From positions 1 through 61,755 of the forward strand of contig JAYTYH010000337.1 of assembly GCA_043742485.1 (NCBI GenBank): 61,755 nucleotides of DNA, in the 5' to 3' direction. Shown one piece after another: positions 8,146 to 17,426 of the stretch; position 1 is the stretch's first letter; every line of letters begins with the position of its first letter. This DNA is from Rhizobacter sp. (GTDB taxonomy: Bacteria > Pseudomonadota > Gammaproteobacteria > Burkholderiales > Burkholderiaceae_C). The position numbers and the translations under genes were made by a program. The notes under the pieces were generated by a model. It had not been told where the DNA came from and did no database searches. It saw only the letters and a list, made by a program, of their open reading frames with translations.

Positions 8146-9504
8146 ATGACGAGTCGAGACATGTCGCCCGGCCTGCCACCGATGTCGGGCCGCATCCTGA
8201 AAGCGCCGGAAGGCGAGCTGTCGCCTCAGGCCACCGAGCTGGCACGCAGGGCGCGCCGCCGATTCATGGCCAAGGCGCTGGCGATGGGCGCGGGCGTGTC
8301 GGCACAGCAAGTGGTCGCCGAGCCCGCGCGCACCGACCAGGGCGACCCCGCCATCCTGAACCTGCCGGAGCACTCGCGCGCGCTCGGCCAGCCGGTGGCG
8401 AGCACCGGCTACGGTTCGCCCTCGAAGTGGGAGAAGGGCATCCAGCGCCGGCAGAGCCCGGGACTGACCCAGGTCGCGCAGGCCTCGGTGTCGTTCTGCC
8501 CGCTGCAGTCGCTGTTCGGCATCATCACGCCGAACGGCCTGCACTTCGAGCGCCACCACCAGGGCTGGTGGGACATCGACCCCTCGCAGCACCGGCTGAT
8601 GGTCAATGGCCTCGTCCGTGAAGCGCGCGTCTTCACGATGGACGACCTGATGCGCCTGCCCACGGTCACGCGCACCCACTTCATCGAATGCGGCGCCAAC
8701 AGCGCCATGGAGTGGGGCAACTCGGCGGTGCCGAGCGTGCAGTACACGCACGGCATGCTGTCGTGTTCGGAGTTCACCGGCGTCAAGCTGTCGACGATCC
8801 TCGAGATGTGCGGCGCCGACACCAGGAAGGGGCGGTACGTGCTCGCCGAAGGCGCCGACGGCTCCTCGATGACGCGCACCCTGCCGATGGCCAATGCGCT
8901 CGACGACGTGCTCGTCGCCTGGGGCATGAACGGCGAGATGCTGCGGCCCGAGAACGGTTATCCGCTGCGCCTGGTGGCGCCGGGCATCCAGGGCGTGAGC
9001 TGGGTCAAGTACCTGCGACGCATCAAGGTCGGCGACCAGCCCTTCTTCACGAAAGACGAGGAGATCCACTACGTCGACCTGATGCCCGACGGAATCTACC
9101 GCCAGTTCACCTCGATCCAGGAATGCAAATCGGTCATCACGACGCCCTCGGGCTCGCAGACGCTGCTCGACAAGGGCTACTACAACGTCACCGGCCTGGC
9201 GTGGTCGGGCCGCGGCAAGGTCAAGCGGGTCGACGTCAGCGCTGATGGCGGGCGCAACTGGCGCACGGCGCGCCTCGAAGGGCCGGTCCTGCCGAAGGCG
9301 CTGACGCGCTTCAACATCGACTGGACCTGGGACGGCTCGCCCGCCATCCTGCAGTCGCGCGCCATGGACGACACCGGCTACGTTCAGCCCAAGATCAACC
9401 AGTTGCGGGCCGTGCGCGGCAGCCGCTCCCTGTATCACAACAACGCCATCCAGTCGTGGCGCGTCGCCGAGAGCGGCGATGTCTCCAACGTGCAGGCCTA
9501 CTGA
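8146..9504 (+). CDS. soxC: Sulfane dehydrogenase molybdoprotein SoxC
   Basis: Tat RRRFM, ITPNGLHFERHH, FIECGAN Mo-Cys, GYPLRL, YHNNAIQ. Confidence 0.96.
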   Translation: MTSRDMSPGLPPMSGRILKAPEGELSPQATELARRARRRFMAKALAMGAGVSAQQVVAEPARTDQGDPAILNLPEHSRALGQPVASTGYGSPSKWEKGIQRRQSPGLTQVAQASVSFCPLQSLFGIITPNGLHFERHHQGWWDIDPSQHRLMVNGLVREARVFTMDDLMRLPTVTRTHFIECGANSAMEWGNSAVPSVQYTHGMLSCSEFTGVKLSTILEMCGADTRKGRYVLAEGADGSSMTRTLPMANALDDVLVAWGMNGEMLRPENGYPLRLVAPGIQGVSWVKYLRRIKVGDQPFFTKDEEIHYVDLMPDGIYRQFTSIQECKSVITTPSGSQTLLDKGYYNVTGLAWSGRGKVKRVDVSADGGRNWRTARLEGPVLPKALTRFNIDWTWDGSPAILQSRAMDDTGYVQPKINQLRAVRGSRSLYHNNAIQSWRVAESGDVSNVQAY

Positions 9505-9505
9505 G

Positions 9506-10609
9506 ATGCGGGCCGAGATCCGGGCTCTCATCGCAGTCGGCGCCGCGCTGGTGCTCACGGCGGCAGCACAGGCCGCACCCGATCTCGCCGGCATCGGCCG
9601 CGCTGCCACGCCGGCGGAGGTGAAGGCCTGGAACATCGACGTGCGCGGCGACTTCCAGGGGCTGCCAAAGGGCTCGGGCAGCGTCGAGCTCGGCACCCAG
9701 GTTTGGGAGGCGAAGTGCTCCTCCTGCCATGGCGCTTTCGGCGAGTCGAATTCGGTCTTCACTCCCATCGTCGGCGGCACGACCAAGGCGGACATCGAGT
9801 CGGGCCACGTCTACGCGCTATCGCACCCCGGGTATCCCCATCGCACGACGCTCATGAAAGTGTCGAAACTCGCGCCCCTGTGGGACTACATCAACCGGGC
9901 GATGCCGTGGAATGCGCCGAAGTCGCTGCAGACCGACGAGGTCTACGGCGTGCTCGCGTACATCCTCAACCTCGGCGACATCGTGCCGGCGGACTTCACG
10001 CTCTCCGACAAGAACATCGCCGAGGTGCAGTCGCGCCTGCCCAATCGCCTCGGCCATGTGTTCTACGAGCCGATGTGGCTGACCCGCGGCAAGGGCGACG
10101 TCGCCAATCCGCTTTGCATGAGCAACTGCCCGGTCGAGGGCAAGATCGAATCCTCGTTGCCGGTCGAGGCACGCAACTCCAACGGCAACATCGCCGACCA
10201 GGTCAGGCCCTTCGGCCCTGCTCGCGGCACCGATACCGCGTTGCCTCCGGGCGAAGGCCATGCGGGCATGAAGCGGCTGGCACGCGCGGCCGCCGCTGCG
10301 TCGAGCCCGCCCTCGGCGTCGGCGGCCACGGCGAAGGCGGACGGGTCGAGTCCTCAGGCGCTCGCGCTTATCCAGTCCGATTCGTGCACCAGTTGCCACG
10401 GGGTGACGAACAAGATCGTCGGCCCGGCGTTCCAGGATGTCGCCAGGAAGTATGCAGGCCGTTCCGATGGCGTCGAGTACCTCGCGGGAAAGATCCGCAA
10501 CGGCGGCCAAGGCGTGTGGGGCCCGATTTCGATGCCGCCCCAGGCGCAGCTGACGCAAGCCGAAGCCAAGGCCATCGCGCAATGGCTGGCCGCCGGCGCC
10601 AAGCAGTGA
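9506..10609 (+). CDS. soxD: Diheme cytochrome c SoxD
   Basis: CSSCH, LWDYINRAMPW, second heme site CTSCH after an Ala/Pro/Ser linker; ATG at 9506. Confidence 0.93.
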   Translation: MRAEIRALIAVGAALVLTAAAQAAPDLAGIGRAATPAEVKAWNIDVRGDFQGLPKGSGSVELGTQVWEAKCSSCHGAFGESNSVFTPIVGGTTKADIESGHVYALSHPGYPHRTTLMKVSKLAPLWDYINRAMPWNAPKSLQTDEVYGVLAYILNLGDIVPADFTLSDKNIAEVQSRLPNRLGHVFYEPMWLTRGKGDVANPLCMSNCPVEGKIESSLPVEARNSNGNIADQVRPFGPARGTDTALPPGEGHAGMKRLARAAAAASSPPSASAATAKADGSSPQALALIQSDSCTSCHGVTNKIVGPAFQDVARKYAGRSDGVEYLAGKIRNGGQGVWGPISMPPQAQLTQAEAKAIAQWLAAGAKQ

Positions 10610-10646
10610 CGACAGACGACACACGGGCATTTCTGAAGGAAAAATC

Positions 10647-11099
10647 ATGATGACGACGAGACGAGAAGTGATCAGGCAGACCGGCCTGCTCGCCCTCCTG
10701 GTGAGCTGCGGCGCACTGACGGCGGAGCAGGCGCGCGCGGCCGACGGGTCCGGCTTCGAGGCCAAGACGCTGGGCGATGCCTTTGCCGCCCTCGGCGGCA
10801 AGCCGGCCGACAGCAAGGACGTGACGATCACGTCGCCCGACATCGCCGAGAACGGTGCCGTCGTGCCGATCGCCGTCACGAGCAACCTGCCGAAGACCGA
10901 AGCGATCTACATCCTGGTCGAGAAAAACCCCTTCCCGCTGACGGCCACGTTCACCATCCCCGAAGGTACGGAAGGCTACGTGTCCACGCGCGCCAAGGTG
11001 GGCGAGAGCACCAGGGTGTGGGCGGTGGTCAAGGCCGACGGCAAGCTCTATGCGACCTCGAAGGAAACCAAGGTCACCCTCGGCGGCTGCGGCGGCTGA
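10647..11099 (+). CDS. soxY: Sulfur carrier SoxY
   Basis: Tat signal, PDIAENGAVVP, C-terminal KVTLGGCGG. Confidence 0.97.
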   Translation: MMTTRREVIRQTGLLALLVSCGALTAEQARAADGSGFEAKTLGDAFAALGGKPADSKDVTITSPDIAENGAVVPIAVTSNLPKTEAIYILVEKNPFPLTATFTIPEGTEGYVSTRAKVGESTRVWAVVKADGKLYATSKETKVTLGGCGG

Positions 11100-11133
11100 A
11101 CGATTCCTCTGAACAGAATTCCAGGAGACAGCA

Positions 11134-11445
11134 ATGGCAGACCCGATGCGCATTCGCGCGGCAACCAAGGACGGCGTCACCGATGTCCGCGTCCTCATGG
11201 CCCACCCCATGGAAACCGGCTTTCGCAAGGACGCGAGCGGCAAGACCGTTCCGGCCCACTACATCAACGACGTCAAGGCCACCAGCGGAAGCAGGACGGT
11301 GCTGACCGCGAAATGGGGCCAGGCCATCTCGCAGAACCCGTATTTGCAGTTCCGCTTCAAGGGCGCCAAGCCGGGCGACAAGGTCACGGTGACCTGGACC
11401 GACAACATGGGCGAGACGCGCACCGACGAAGCGACGATCTCCTAG
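11134..11445 (+). CDS. soxZ: SoxZ
   Basis: HPMETGFRKD, ISQNPY, WTDN motifs. Confidence 0.96.
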   Translation: MADPMRIRAATKDGVTDVRVLMAHPMETGFRKDASGKTVPAHYINDVKATSGSRTVLTAKWGQAISQNPYLQFRFKGAKPGDKVTVTWTDNMGETRTDEATIS

Positions 11446-11508
11446 CAGGCTGACGACGCCCGGCACGTTCGCGCGCACCCCTCGAAGTCAAGAATCAGGG
11501 AGACAGCC

Positions 11509-12297
11509 ATGAAAAGAATCGTCGCTGCTGCGTTTCTCGCATGCGCACTGCCGTGCTCGGCCCAGTCTGCCAGTGACGGCATCGCCGAATATCGCGCGAT
11601 GCTCGCCGACGGCAATCCTGCCGAGCTGTGGCAGGCCAAGGGCGAGCTGCTGTGGAAGCAGTCCCGCGGTCCGAAGAAGGCCTCGCTCGAGCGCTGCGAT
11701 CTCGGCCGCGGCCCGGGTGTGGTCAAGGGTGCGTTTGTCGAACTGCCGCGATTCTTTGCAGATACCGGGCGCGTGCAGGATCTCGAATCCCGCCTCCTCA
11801 CCTGCATGCAGGAACTGCAGGGCTTCGATGCGGTTGCGATCGCCAAGACGCCCTTCGGCAAGGGCGAGATGGTGAACATCGAAAGCCTGGTCGCTTATGT
11901 TTCGGGCGAGTCGAGCGGCATGAGGTTCAACGTCTCGCAGGTACATCGGGAAGAGAAAGCGATGTACGAGGCCGGCAAGAAGATCTTCTACTTCCGCGGT
12001 GGCCCCTACGACTTTTCCTGTGCCTCGTGCCATGGCCAAGAGGGCAAGCGGATCCGGCTGCAGGATCTGCCCGACCTGACGACGAACAAGGGAGCCGGTG
12101 CCGGATTCGGCTCCTGGCCGGCCTATCGCGTCTCGAGCGGGCAGCTCTGGGGAATGCAGCGCCGCCTCAACGACTGCTTCCGGCAGCAGCGATTCCCGTC
12201 GCCTGAGTACGTGTCCGACGTGACACTCGCGCTCGAGACCTACCTCGGCGTCAACGCCAAAGGCGCCGAGTCGATCGCGCCCGCCCTCAAGCGCTGA
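11509..12297 (+). CDS. soxA: Monoheme SoxA
   Basis: GNPAEL, single CASCH, WPAYR, active-site RLNDCFRQQR. Confidence 0.95.
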   Translation: MKRIVAAAFLACALPCSAQSASDGIAEYRAMLADGNPAELWQAKGELLWKQSRGPKKASLERCDLGRGPGVVKGAFVELPRFFADTGRVQDLESRLLTCMQELQGFDAVAIAKTPFGKGEMVNIESLVAYVSGESSGMRFNVSQVHREEKAMYEAGKKIFYFRGGPYDFSCASCHGQEGKRIRLQDLPDLTTNKGAGAGFGSWPAYRVSSGQLWGMQRRLNDCFRQQRFPSPEYVSDVTLALETYLGVNAKGAESIAPALKR

Positions 12298-12308
12298 AAG
12301 GAGCCGAC

Positions 12309-12956
12309 ATGAACCGCTCGGGAAAGACAGGTTTCGCGGCCATCGCCGCCATCGCGGCACTCGGCGTGGCCGGCTGCATCTCGACCACGTCGTCCTCCAC
12401 GGCCGACGCCGCCGCGCAAGCGATGCTGAAGTCGTCGTTCCATGCCGAAGGGCAGGCCACGCTCGACCGCCTGACGCAGGATCCGGTGCAGAAGGCCTGC
12501 TCCGGCGAGGCCGCGCCTTCGGCCGAACTCGTGGCGCAGCTCGAGAAGCGCGAATTGGCGACGATCCGGCCGCCGCCCGGGGGCAAGTACCTGGGTGACT
12601 GGAAGCAGGGCGAGAAGCTGGCGCAAAACGGCCGTGGCATGACGTGGTCGGATCCTGTAACGGCAGCCAACGGCGGCAATTGCTACAACTGCCACCAGCT
12701 GAGCAAGTCGGAGATCTCGTACGGCACGATCGGGCCGAGCCTCTACAACTACGGCAAGCTGCGCGGCGTCAGCGACCCGGCCAGCGCGAATGCAGCGCCG
12801 GTCGTCCAGTACACCTGGGGCAAGCTATACAACGCCAAGGCCTACAACGCCTGCTCGACGATGCCGCGCTTCGGCGAAGCGCATGTGCTGACCACCGAGC
12901 AGATGCAGGACCTGATGGCGCTGTTGCTCGATCCGAAGTCTCCCGTCAACCAGTAA
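12309..12956 (+). CDS. soxX: SoxX cytochrome c
   Basis: GNCYNCH, GTIGPSL, MPRFG; lipobox VAGC. Confidence 0.95.
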   Translation: MNRSGKTGFAAIAAIAALGVAGCISTTSSSTADAAAQAMLKSSFHAEGQATLDRLTQDPVQKACSGEAAPSAELVAQLEKRELATIRPPPGGKYLGDWKQGEKLAQNGRGMTWSDPVTAANGGNCYNCHQLSKSEISYGTIGPSLYNYGKLRGVSDPASANAAPVVQYTWGKLYNAKAYNACSTMPRFGEAHVLTTEQMQDLMALLLDPKSPVNQ

Positions 12957-13008
12957 GGCGCACGCGCGTGCCGGTCCAAGACGGCCTTCGATTCGAAGAA
13001 CAGTTTTC

Positions 13009-14730
13009 ATGAGCATCGGCAGGCGCGAATTTCTTCAGATGCTGGCGGTCGCCTCGGCGGGTGGCATGGCGCTCGACCATGGCGAGGCGCTGGCCGCGTC
13101 GCCGGGAGCGTCGGAGCGGCTGTACGACCTGCCGAGGTTCGGCAACGTCAGCCTGATGCACTTCACCGACTGCCATGCCCAGCTCATGCCGGTGCACTTC
13201 CGCGAGCCGAGCGTGAACCTTGGCGTCGGCGACGCGGTGGGGCAACCGCCGCATCTGGTCGGCGAGAAACTGCTGTCGCGATTCGGCATTGCCCCGCACA
13301 CGGCCGAGGCCCATGCCTTCACCCACCTCGACTTCGAGGCGGCAGCCCGAACCTACGGCCAGGTCGGCGGCTTCGCCCACCTGGCCACGCTGGTGAAGCG
13401 GGTCCGGGCGACGCGCCCCAATGCCCTGCTGCTCGACGGCGGCGATACCTGGCAAGGATCGGCCACGGCCCTCTGGACGAACGGCCAGGACATGGTCGAT
13501 GCCTGCAAGCTGCTGCACGTCGACAGCATGAGCGCGCACTGGGAGTTCACGCTCGGTGCCCAGCGCGTGCAGGAGATCGTGAAGAAGGATCTTGCCGGCC
13601 ACATCGATTTCCTGGCCCAGAACGTCACGACCAACGACTTCGGCGATCCGGTCTTCGACGCCTACAAGATCAAGACGGTCAACGGCATCCCGGTGGCCGT
13701 GATCGGCCAGGCTTTTCCGTACACGCCGATCGCCAACCCCCGCTACCTGGTGCCCGACTGGACCTTCGGGATCCAGGACGAGAACATGCAGAAGGTCGTC
13801 GACGAGGCGCGCAAGAAGGGAGCGCAAGTCGTCGTCGTGCTTTCGCACAACGGCATGGACGTCGACCTGAAGATGGCATCGCGCGTCTCGGGCATCGACG
13901 CCATCCTCGGCGGCCACACGCACGACGGCGTTCCGGCGCCGGTGATCATCAAGAACCGAGGCGGTCAGACGCTGGTCACCAATGCCGGCTCGAACACCAA
14001 GTTTCTCGGTGTGCTCGACTTCGAGGTGCGTGGCGGCCGTGTCCGCGACTACCGCTACAAGCTGATGCCGATCTTCGCGAACCTGCTGCCGGCCGATGCG
14101 GAGATGGCTGCATACATCACCAAGGTGCGGGCGCCGTTCGCGGTCAGGCTCGGCGAGGAGCTGGCGGTGAGCGAAGGGCTGCTCTACCGGCGGGGCAACT
14201 TCAACGGCACCTGGGACCAGGTGATCGTCGACGCGATCATGTCGGTCAAGGGCGCCGAGATCGCTTTCTCCCCCGGCTTCCGCTGGGGCACGTCGCTGCT
14301 TCCGGGCGAGAAAGTCACGCGCGAGACGATCATGGACCAGCTCGCCATCACCTATCCGTATGCCACCCTTACCGACATGACGGGCCAGACCATCAAGACG
14401 ATCCTCGAAGACGTCGGCGACAACCTCTTCAACCCCGATCCGTACTACCAGCAGGGCGGCGACATGGTCCGCGTCGGTGGGCTGACGTACACCTGCACGC
14501 CGGGCGAGAAGATGGGTTCGCGCATCTCCGACATGCGTTTGAACGGCGTGCTGATCGAGGCGTCGAAGACCTACAAGGTCGGCGGCTGGGCGCCGGTCGC
14601 CGAAGGCGCCGCGGGCGAGCCGATCTGGGAGGTCGTCGAGACCTACCTGAAGCAGCAGAAGGTGATCGGCCGGCCGAAGGTGAACCGCCCGGCACTGGTC
14701 GGCGTCGACGGCAACCCCGGCATCGCCTGA
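13009..14730 (+). CDS. soxB: Thiosulfohydrolase SoxB
   Basis: Tat GRREFL, HFTDCHAQ, DGGDTWQGS, HWEFT, GGHTHD, YQQGGDM. Confidence 0.97.
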   Translation: MSIGRREFLQMLAVASAGGMALDHGEALAASPGASERLYDLPRFGNVSLMHFTDCHAQLMPVHFREPSVNLGVGDAVGQPPHLVGEKLLSRFGIAPHTAEAHAFTHLDFEAAARTYGQVGGFAHLATLVKRVRATRPNALLLDGGDTWQGSATALWTNGQDMVDACKLLHVDSMSAHWEFTLGAQRVQEIVKKDLAGHIDFLAQNVTTNDFGDPVFDAYKIKTVNGIPVAVIGQAFPYTPIANPRYLVPDWTFGIQDENMQKVVDEARKKGAQVVVVLSHNGMDVDLKMASRVSGIDAILGGHTHDGVPAPVIIKNRGGQTLVTNAGSNTKFLGVLDFEVRGGRVRDYRYKLMPIFANLLPADAEMAAYITKVRAPFAVRLGEELAVSEGLLYRRGNFNGTWDQVIVDAIMSVKGAEIAFSPGFRWGTSLLPGEKVTRETIMDQLAITYPYATLTDMTGQTIKTILEDVGDNLFNPDPYYQQGGDMVRVGGLTYTCTPGEKMGSRISDMRLNGVLIEASKTYKVGGWAPVAEGAAGEPIWEVVETYLKQQKVIGRPKVNRPALVGVDGNPGIA

Positions 14731-14732
14731 CC

Positions 14733-15263
14733 ATGGTTTCGATGCTGCGGATCATCGCGTCGGCTTCGGCTTGCGCTGCCGGCCTTGGTCTGTCGAGCCC
14801 GCCCGCTGCGGCAGCGCCGGGCGAGGCGGCGATCGTTCGCGTTCAAAGCATCGGGCTCGGCATCGCACTCACCGCGGCCCAAAGCGCGCTCGCCGCGTGC
14901 CGCGCCAAAGGCGCACTGGTGGCCGTGGCAGTGACCGATCGGTCCGGCGTCGTGCTCGCCGTGCTGCGCGACCCGCTGGCCGGCATGCACACGGCCGATG
15001 CGGCGACCCGCAAGGCCTGGACGGCAGTGAGCTTTCGCAATGCCACCGCGGTCCTCGAGCGCGCGACCGCACCCGGCACCGACTCGGCGGGAATCCGGCA
15101 GTTGCCGGGTGTGGCCATGGTCGGTGGCGGCCTGCCCATCGCGGCGGCCGGCACGCAGCTCGGCGGCATCGGCGTCTCGGGTGCACCGTCGGGAGCGATG
15201 GACGAAGCCTGCGCGCAGGCCGGCCTGGCGTCGGTCCGCGACGAGCTGGAACTGTCCGAGTGA
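14733..15263 (+). CDS. Exported GlcG/HbpS (DUF336) heme-binding protein
   Basis: Signal peptide, VAVAVTDRSG, KAWTA, GGGLPI, GGIGVSGA, DEACA. Confidence 0.88.
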   Translation: MVSMLRIIASASACAAGLGLSSPPAAAAPGEAAIVRVQSIGLGIALTAAQSALAACRAKGALVAVAVTDRSGVVLAVLRDPLAGMHTADAATRKAWTAVSFRNATAVLERATAPGTDSAGIRQLPGVAMVGGGLPIAAAGTQLGGIGVSGAPSGAMDEACAQAGLASVRDELELSE

Positions 15264-16267
15264 TCCGGCTGGACCGGCTGGCAGTACTGCTGGCTTGCCT
15301 GGCGGTACCGGCGATCGTCGGCGCCCAGCCGGCAAGAGCTGCCGCCACCGACCGGGAGTTCGAGAACGTCCACGTGCCCATGGCCGTGGTCAAGGTATCG
15401 GCGCACAGCTACTACGTGATGGGCCAGTCGGGCGTCGTCTCCACCGGCAACGAAGGCTTCAATTCGAACGCCGGCTTCGTGGTGACGAATGCCGGCGTCG
15501 TCGTCTTCGACGCGCTCGGCACGCCGGCCCTGGGGCGCCAGTTGCGCCGGTTGATCGTGCAGACGACGTCGCAACCGATTCGGCGCGTGATCGTGAGCCA
15601 TTACCACTCGGATCACTTCTACGGCCTGCAGGCGTTCGAGGGGCCCGGCGTCGAGATCTTGGCCCACGACCTGGTGCGCGACTACCTCGCGACCCACGCT
15701 GGCGCGGCCCGCCTCGAGGAACGCCGCCATTCGCTGGCGCCCTGGGTCAACGACGAGACCCGCATCGTCGCTCCCACCCGCTACATCGGCGACGACACCC
15801 GCTTCGCGATGGGTGGGCTTCATTTCCGCATCGTCCACGTCGGCCCCGCCCACACGCCGGAAGACCTGATGATGATGGTCGAGGAAGACCGGGTCCTCTA
15901 CGCCGGCGATCTGGTGTTCGCCGGCCGCGTGCCGTTCGCGGCGGATGGCGATGTCGGATCCTGGATCCGTTCGCTCGATCGCGTCGTGCAGCTGAAGCCC
16001 CGCATCGTCGTCAGCGGCCATGGCCGCCATTCGACCGATGCCGTCGGCGACCTCACCCAGACACGCGACTACCTGGAGTTCTTGTACCGGCAGATGCACC
16101 AGGCCTTCGACGACGGCATCGACTTCGACGCCGCGTACGCCAGGGTCGACTGGTCGGGCTTCGCGAAACTTCCAGCCTTCGAGGCAGCGAATCGCCGGAA
16201 CGCGTACCAGGCCTATCTCAACGTCGAACAAGATGCGCTGCGTGAGGTGAAGCAGGGCAAGCCCTGA
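15260..16267 (+). CDS. Exported metallo-beta-lactamase-fold protein (SoxH-like)
   Basis: GTG start overlapping the hbpS stop; NEGFNSNAGFV, SHYHSDH, AHTPED, GD, GHG motifs. Confidence 0.85.
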   Translation: MIRLDRLAVLLACLAVPAIVGAQPARAAATDREFENVHVPMAVVKVSAHSYYVMGQSGVVSTGNEGFNSNAGFVVTNAGVVVFDALGTPALGRQLRRLIVQTTSQPIRRVIVSHYHSDHFYGLQAFEGPGVEILAHDLVRDYLATHAGAARLEERRHSLAPWVNDETRIVAPTRYIGDDTRFAMGGLHFRIVHVGPAHTPEDLMMMVEEDRVLYAGDLVFAGRVPFAADGDVGSWIRSLDRVVQLKPRIVVSGHGRHSTDAVGDLTQTRDYLEFLYRQMHQAFDDGIDFDAAYARVDWSGFAKLPAFEAANRRNAYQAYLNVEQDALREVKQGKP

Positions 16268-16416
16268 GATCAACACAGCCTGAGACGCTTGACAACCAAC
16301 CGGAGATTTCCCGGTGACCCGACCGCGGAGGCGGCCGGCCCCTGCACCCGACCCTTGACCGATCGACCCGGAAGAGAAGTCGGGGCCGGATCGTCGGGAC
16401 CGGGGAACGACGTGCC

Positions 16417-16569
16417 GATCCAGACATCGTTGCCTCGTCCCGACTGCCGTTCGCATTGACCGCGCTGCATCACTTTCTGTTCGTGCCGAGCTCACTCGTT
16501 GCCACTGCTGCGTTCACGGCTGCCGGTTTCGCGACGGTCTTCGTGACCCGCCACATGTTCGACGTCTGA
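16417..16569 (+). pseudogene. Chimeric remnant: CydA N-terminus joined in frame to a small YeeE C-terminus
   Basis: DPDIVASSRLPFALTALHHFLFVP resembles CydA TM1 (SRLQFALTAxYHFLFVP); it continues into SLVATAAFTAAGFATVFVTRHMFDV*, resembling the end of small YeeE proteins. Confidence 0.6.
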
Positions 16570-16580
16570 AGGAGCTTCTC

Positions 16581-16673
16581 ATGACAGTGGTCTTCACCTC
16601 ACTTCTGGCGGGCATGGGCATCTTCGAGTTCATCGAGCGACGCAAGCAGGCGTCGCTGCTGCGGGTGGTCTGA
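16581..16673 (+). pseudogene. Internally deleted small YedE/DUF6691-like gene
   Basis: RBS AGGAG, then MTVVFTSLLAG joined to MGIFEFIERRK; these match the N- and C-termini of the partner of small YeeE. Confidence 0.55.
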
Positions 16674-16846
16674 AGGCATGCGAGGAACGACAACCTGGTC
16701 TGGGTGACCAGGCTCGCAACCGCCGTGCCGCTGTTCGGCTACGACGCGGTCTTGGCCGTGGTCCGACGCCGTCGGCCGGAACGCATGTCACGCAACGCGC
16801 ACGGTGCATCTCGAGCACCGGGTCGGCGATGCGTGGCTCGCCTCAG

Positions 16847-17053
16847 TCAAGGTCGCGACCCGGCATAGCGTGTCGCGCAGGTGCTCAAACCGAAAGGCCA
16901 GTAGGCCGGGCAGAAGCGGAAGACGCCGGTGGCGATCGGCACCAGCCCGATCCAGCCCCAGGCGCCGATGTAGCCGAGCAAGCTGGCGCCGATCAAGGCC
17001 AGACCGAGGACGATCCGGAGGACGCGATCTATCGTGCCGACGTTGTGTTTCAT
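16847..17053 (-). CDS. DUF2892 (YgaP-like) membrane protein
   Basis: NVGTIDRVLRI...FRFCPAY..FGLSTC signature. Confidence 0.88.
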   Translation of the reverse strand: MKHNVGTIDRVLRIVLGLALIGASLLGYIGAWGWIGLVPIATGVFRFCPAYWPFGLSTCATRYAGSRP

Positions 17054-17078
17054 GGCGTACCTTCTGAAGGAATTCGCG

Positions 17079-17120
17079 ATCCTGACGCGAATGGATGCCC
17101 GGCACCTTGTCGTGGATCAA
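17079..17120 (-). promoter_or_regulatory. FNR-type box and class II promoter for DUF2892
   Basis: TTGAT-CCAC-GACAA at 17120-17107, centred at -41.5 relative to CAGGAT (-10) at 17084-17079. Confidence 0.5.
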
Positions 17121-17141
17121 ACTCTGGAAGAGCACGGACGA

Positions 17142-17201
17142 TGGCGACGGGTCCATGAAGCCGAACACCACGCCACCATTTCCCTCCTCGCGCACGACCA
17201 C
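17142..17201 (-). pseudogene. Fragment of a DUF302-like gene
   Basis: VVVREEGNGGVVFGFMDP resembles the DUF302 C-terminal CNVVVRE...VGFMDP; the preceding LLPCN is absent. Confidence 0.4.
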
Positions 17202-17426
17202 GTAGGCGGCCGAGACGGCGCAAGCCCGGTGGCGCCGCGCGGATTCCCCTTCGACTCGTAGAGCACGGGTGTGGGTGTCGTCGACGCCAAGATGGTCGAT
17301 GCGCCACGCTCAGGTGTCGCGCGTCGGCTGCTCGGTCGCTGACACGGCCGTTCGACACCGCGCTCGACTTCTTCTCTTACGACGTGCCGACGTTGCACGC
17401 GGCGCTGGCCAAACGACGCGCCGATC

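Noticed and set aside
17340-17415. Peptide LTRPFDTALDFFSYDVPTL resembling an ArsP/DUF318 permease fragment
   Set aside because: Too short to support by eye; needs BLASTx.
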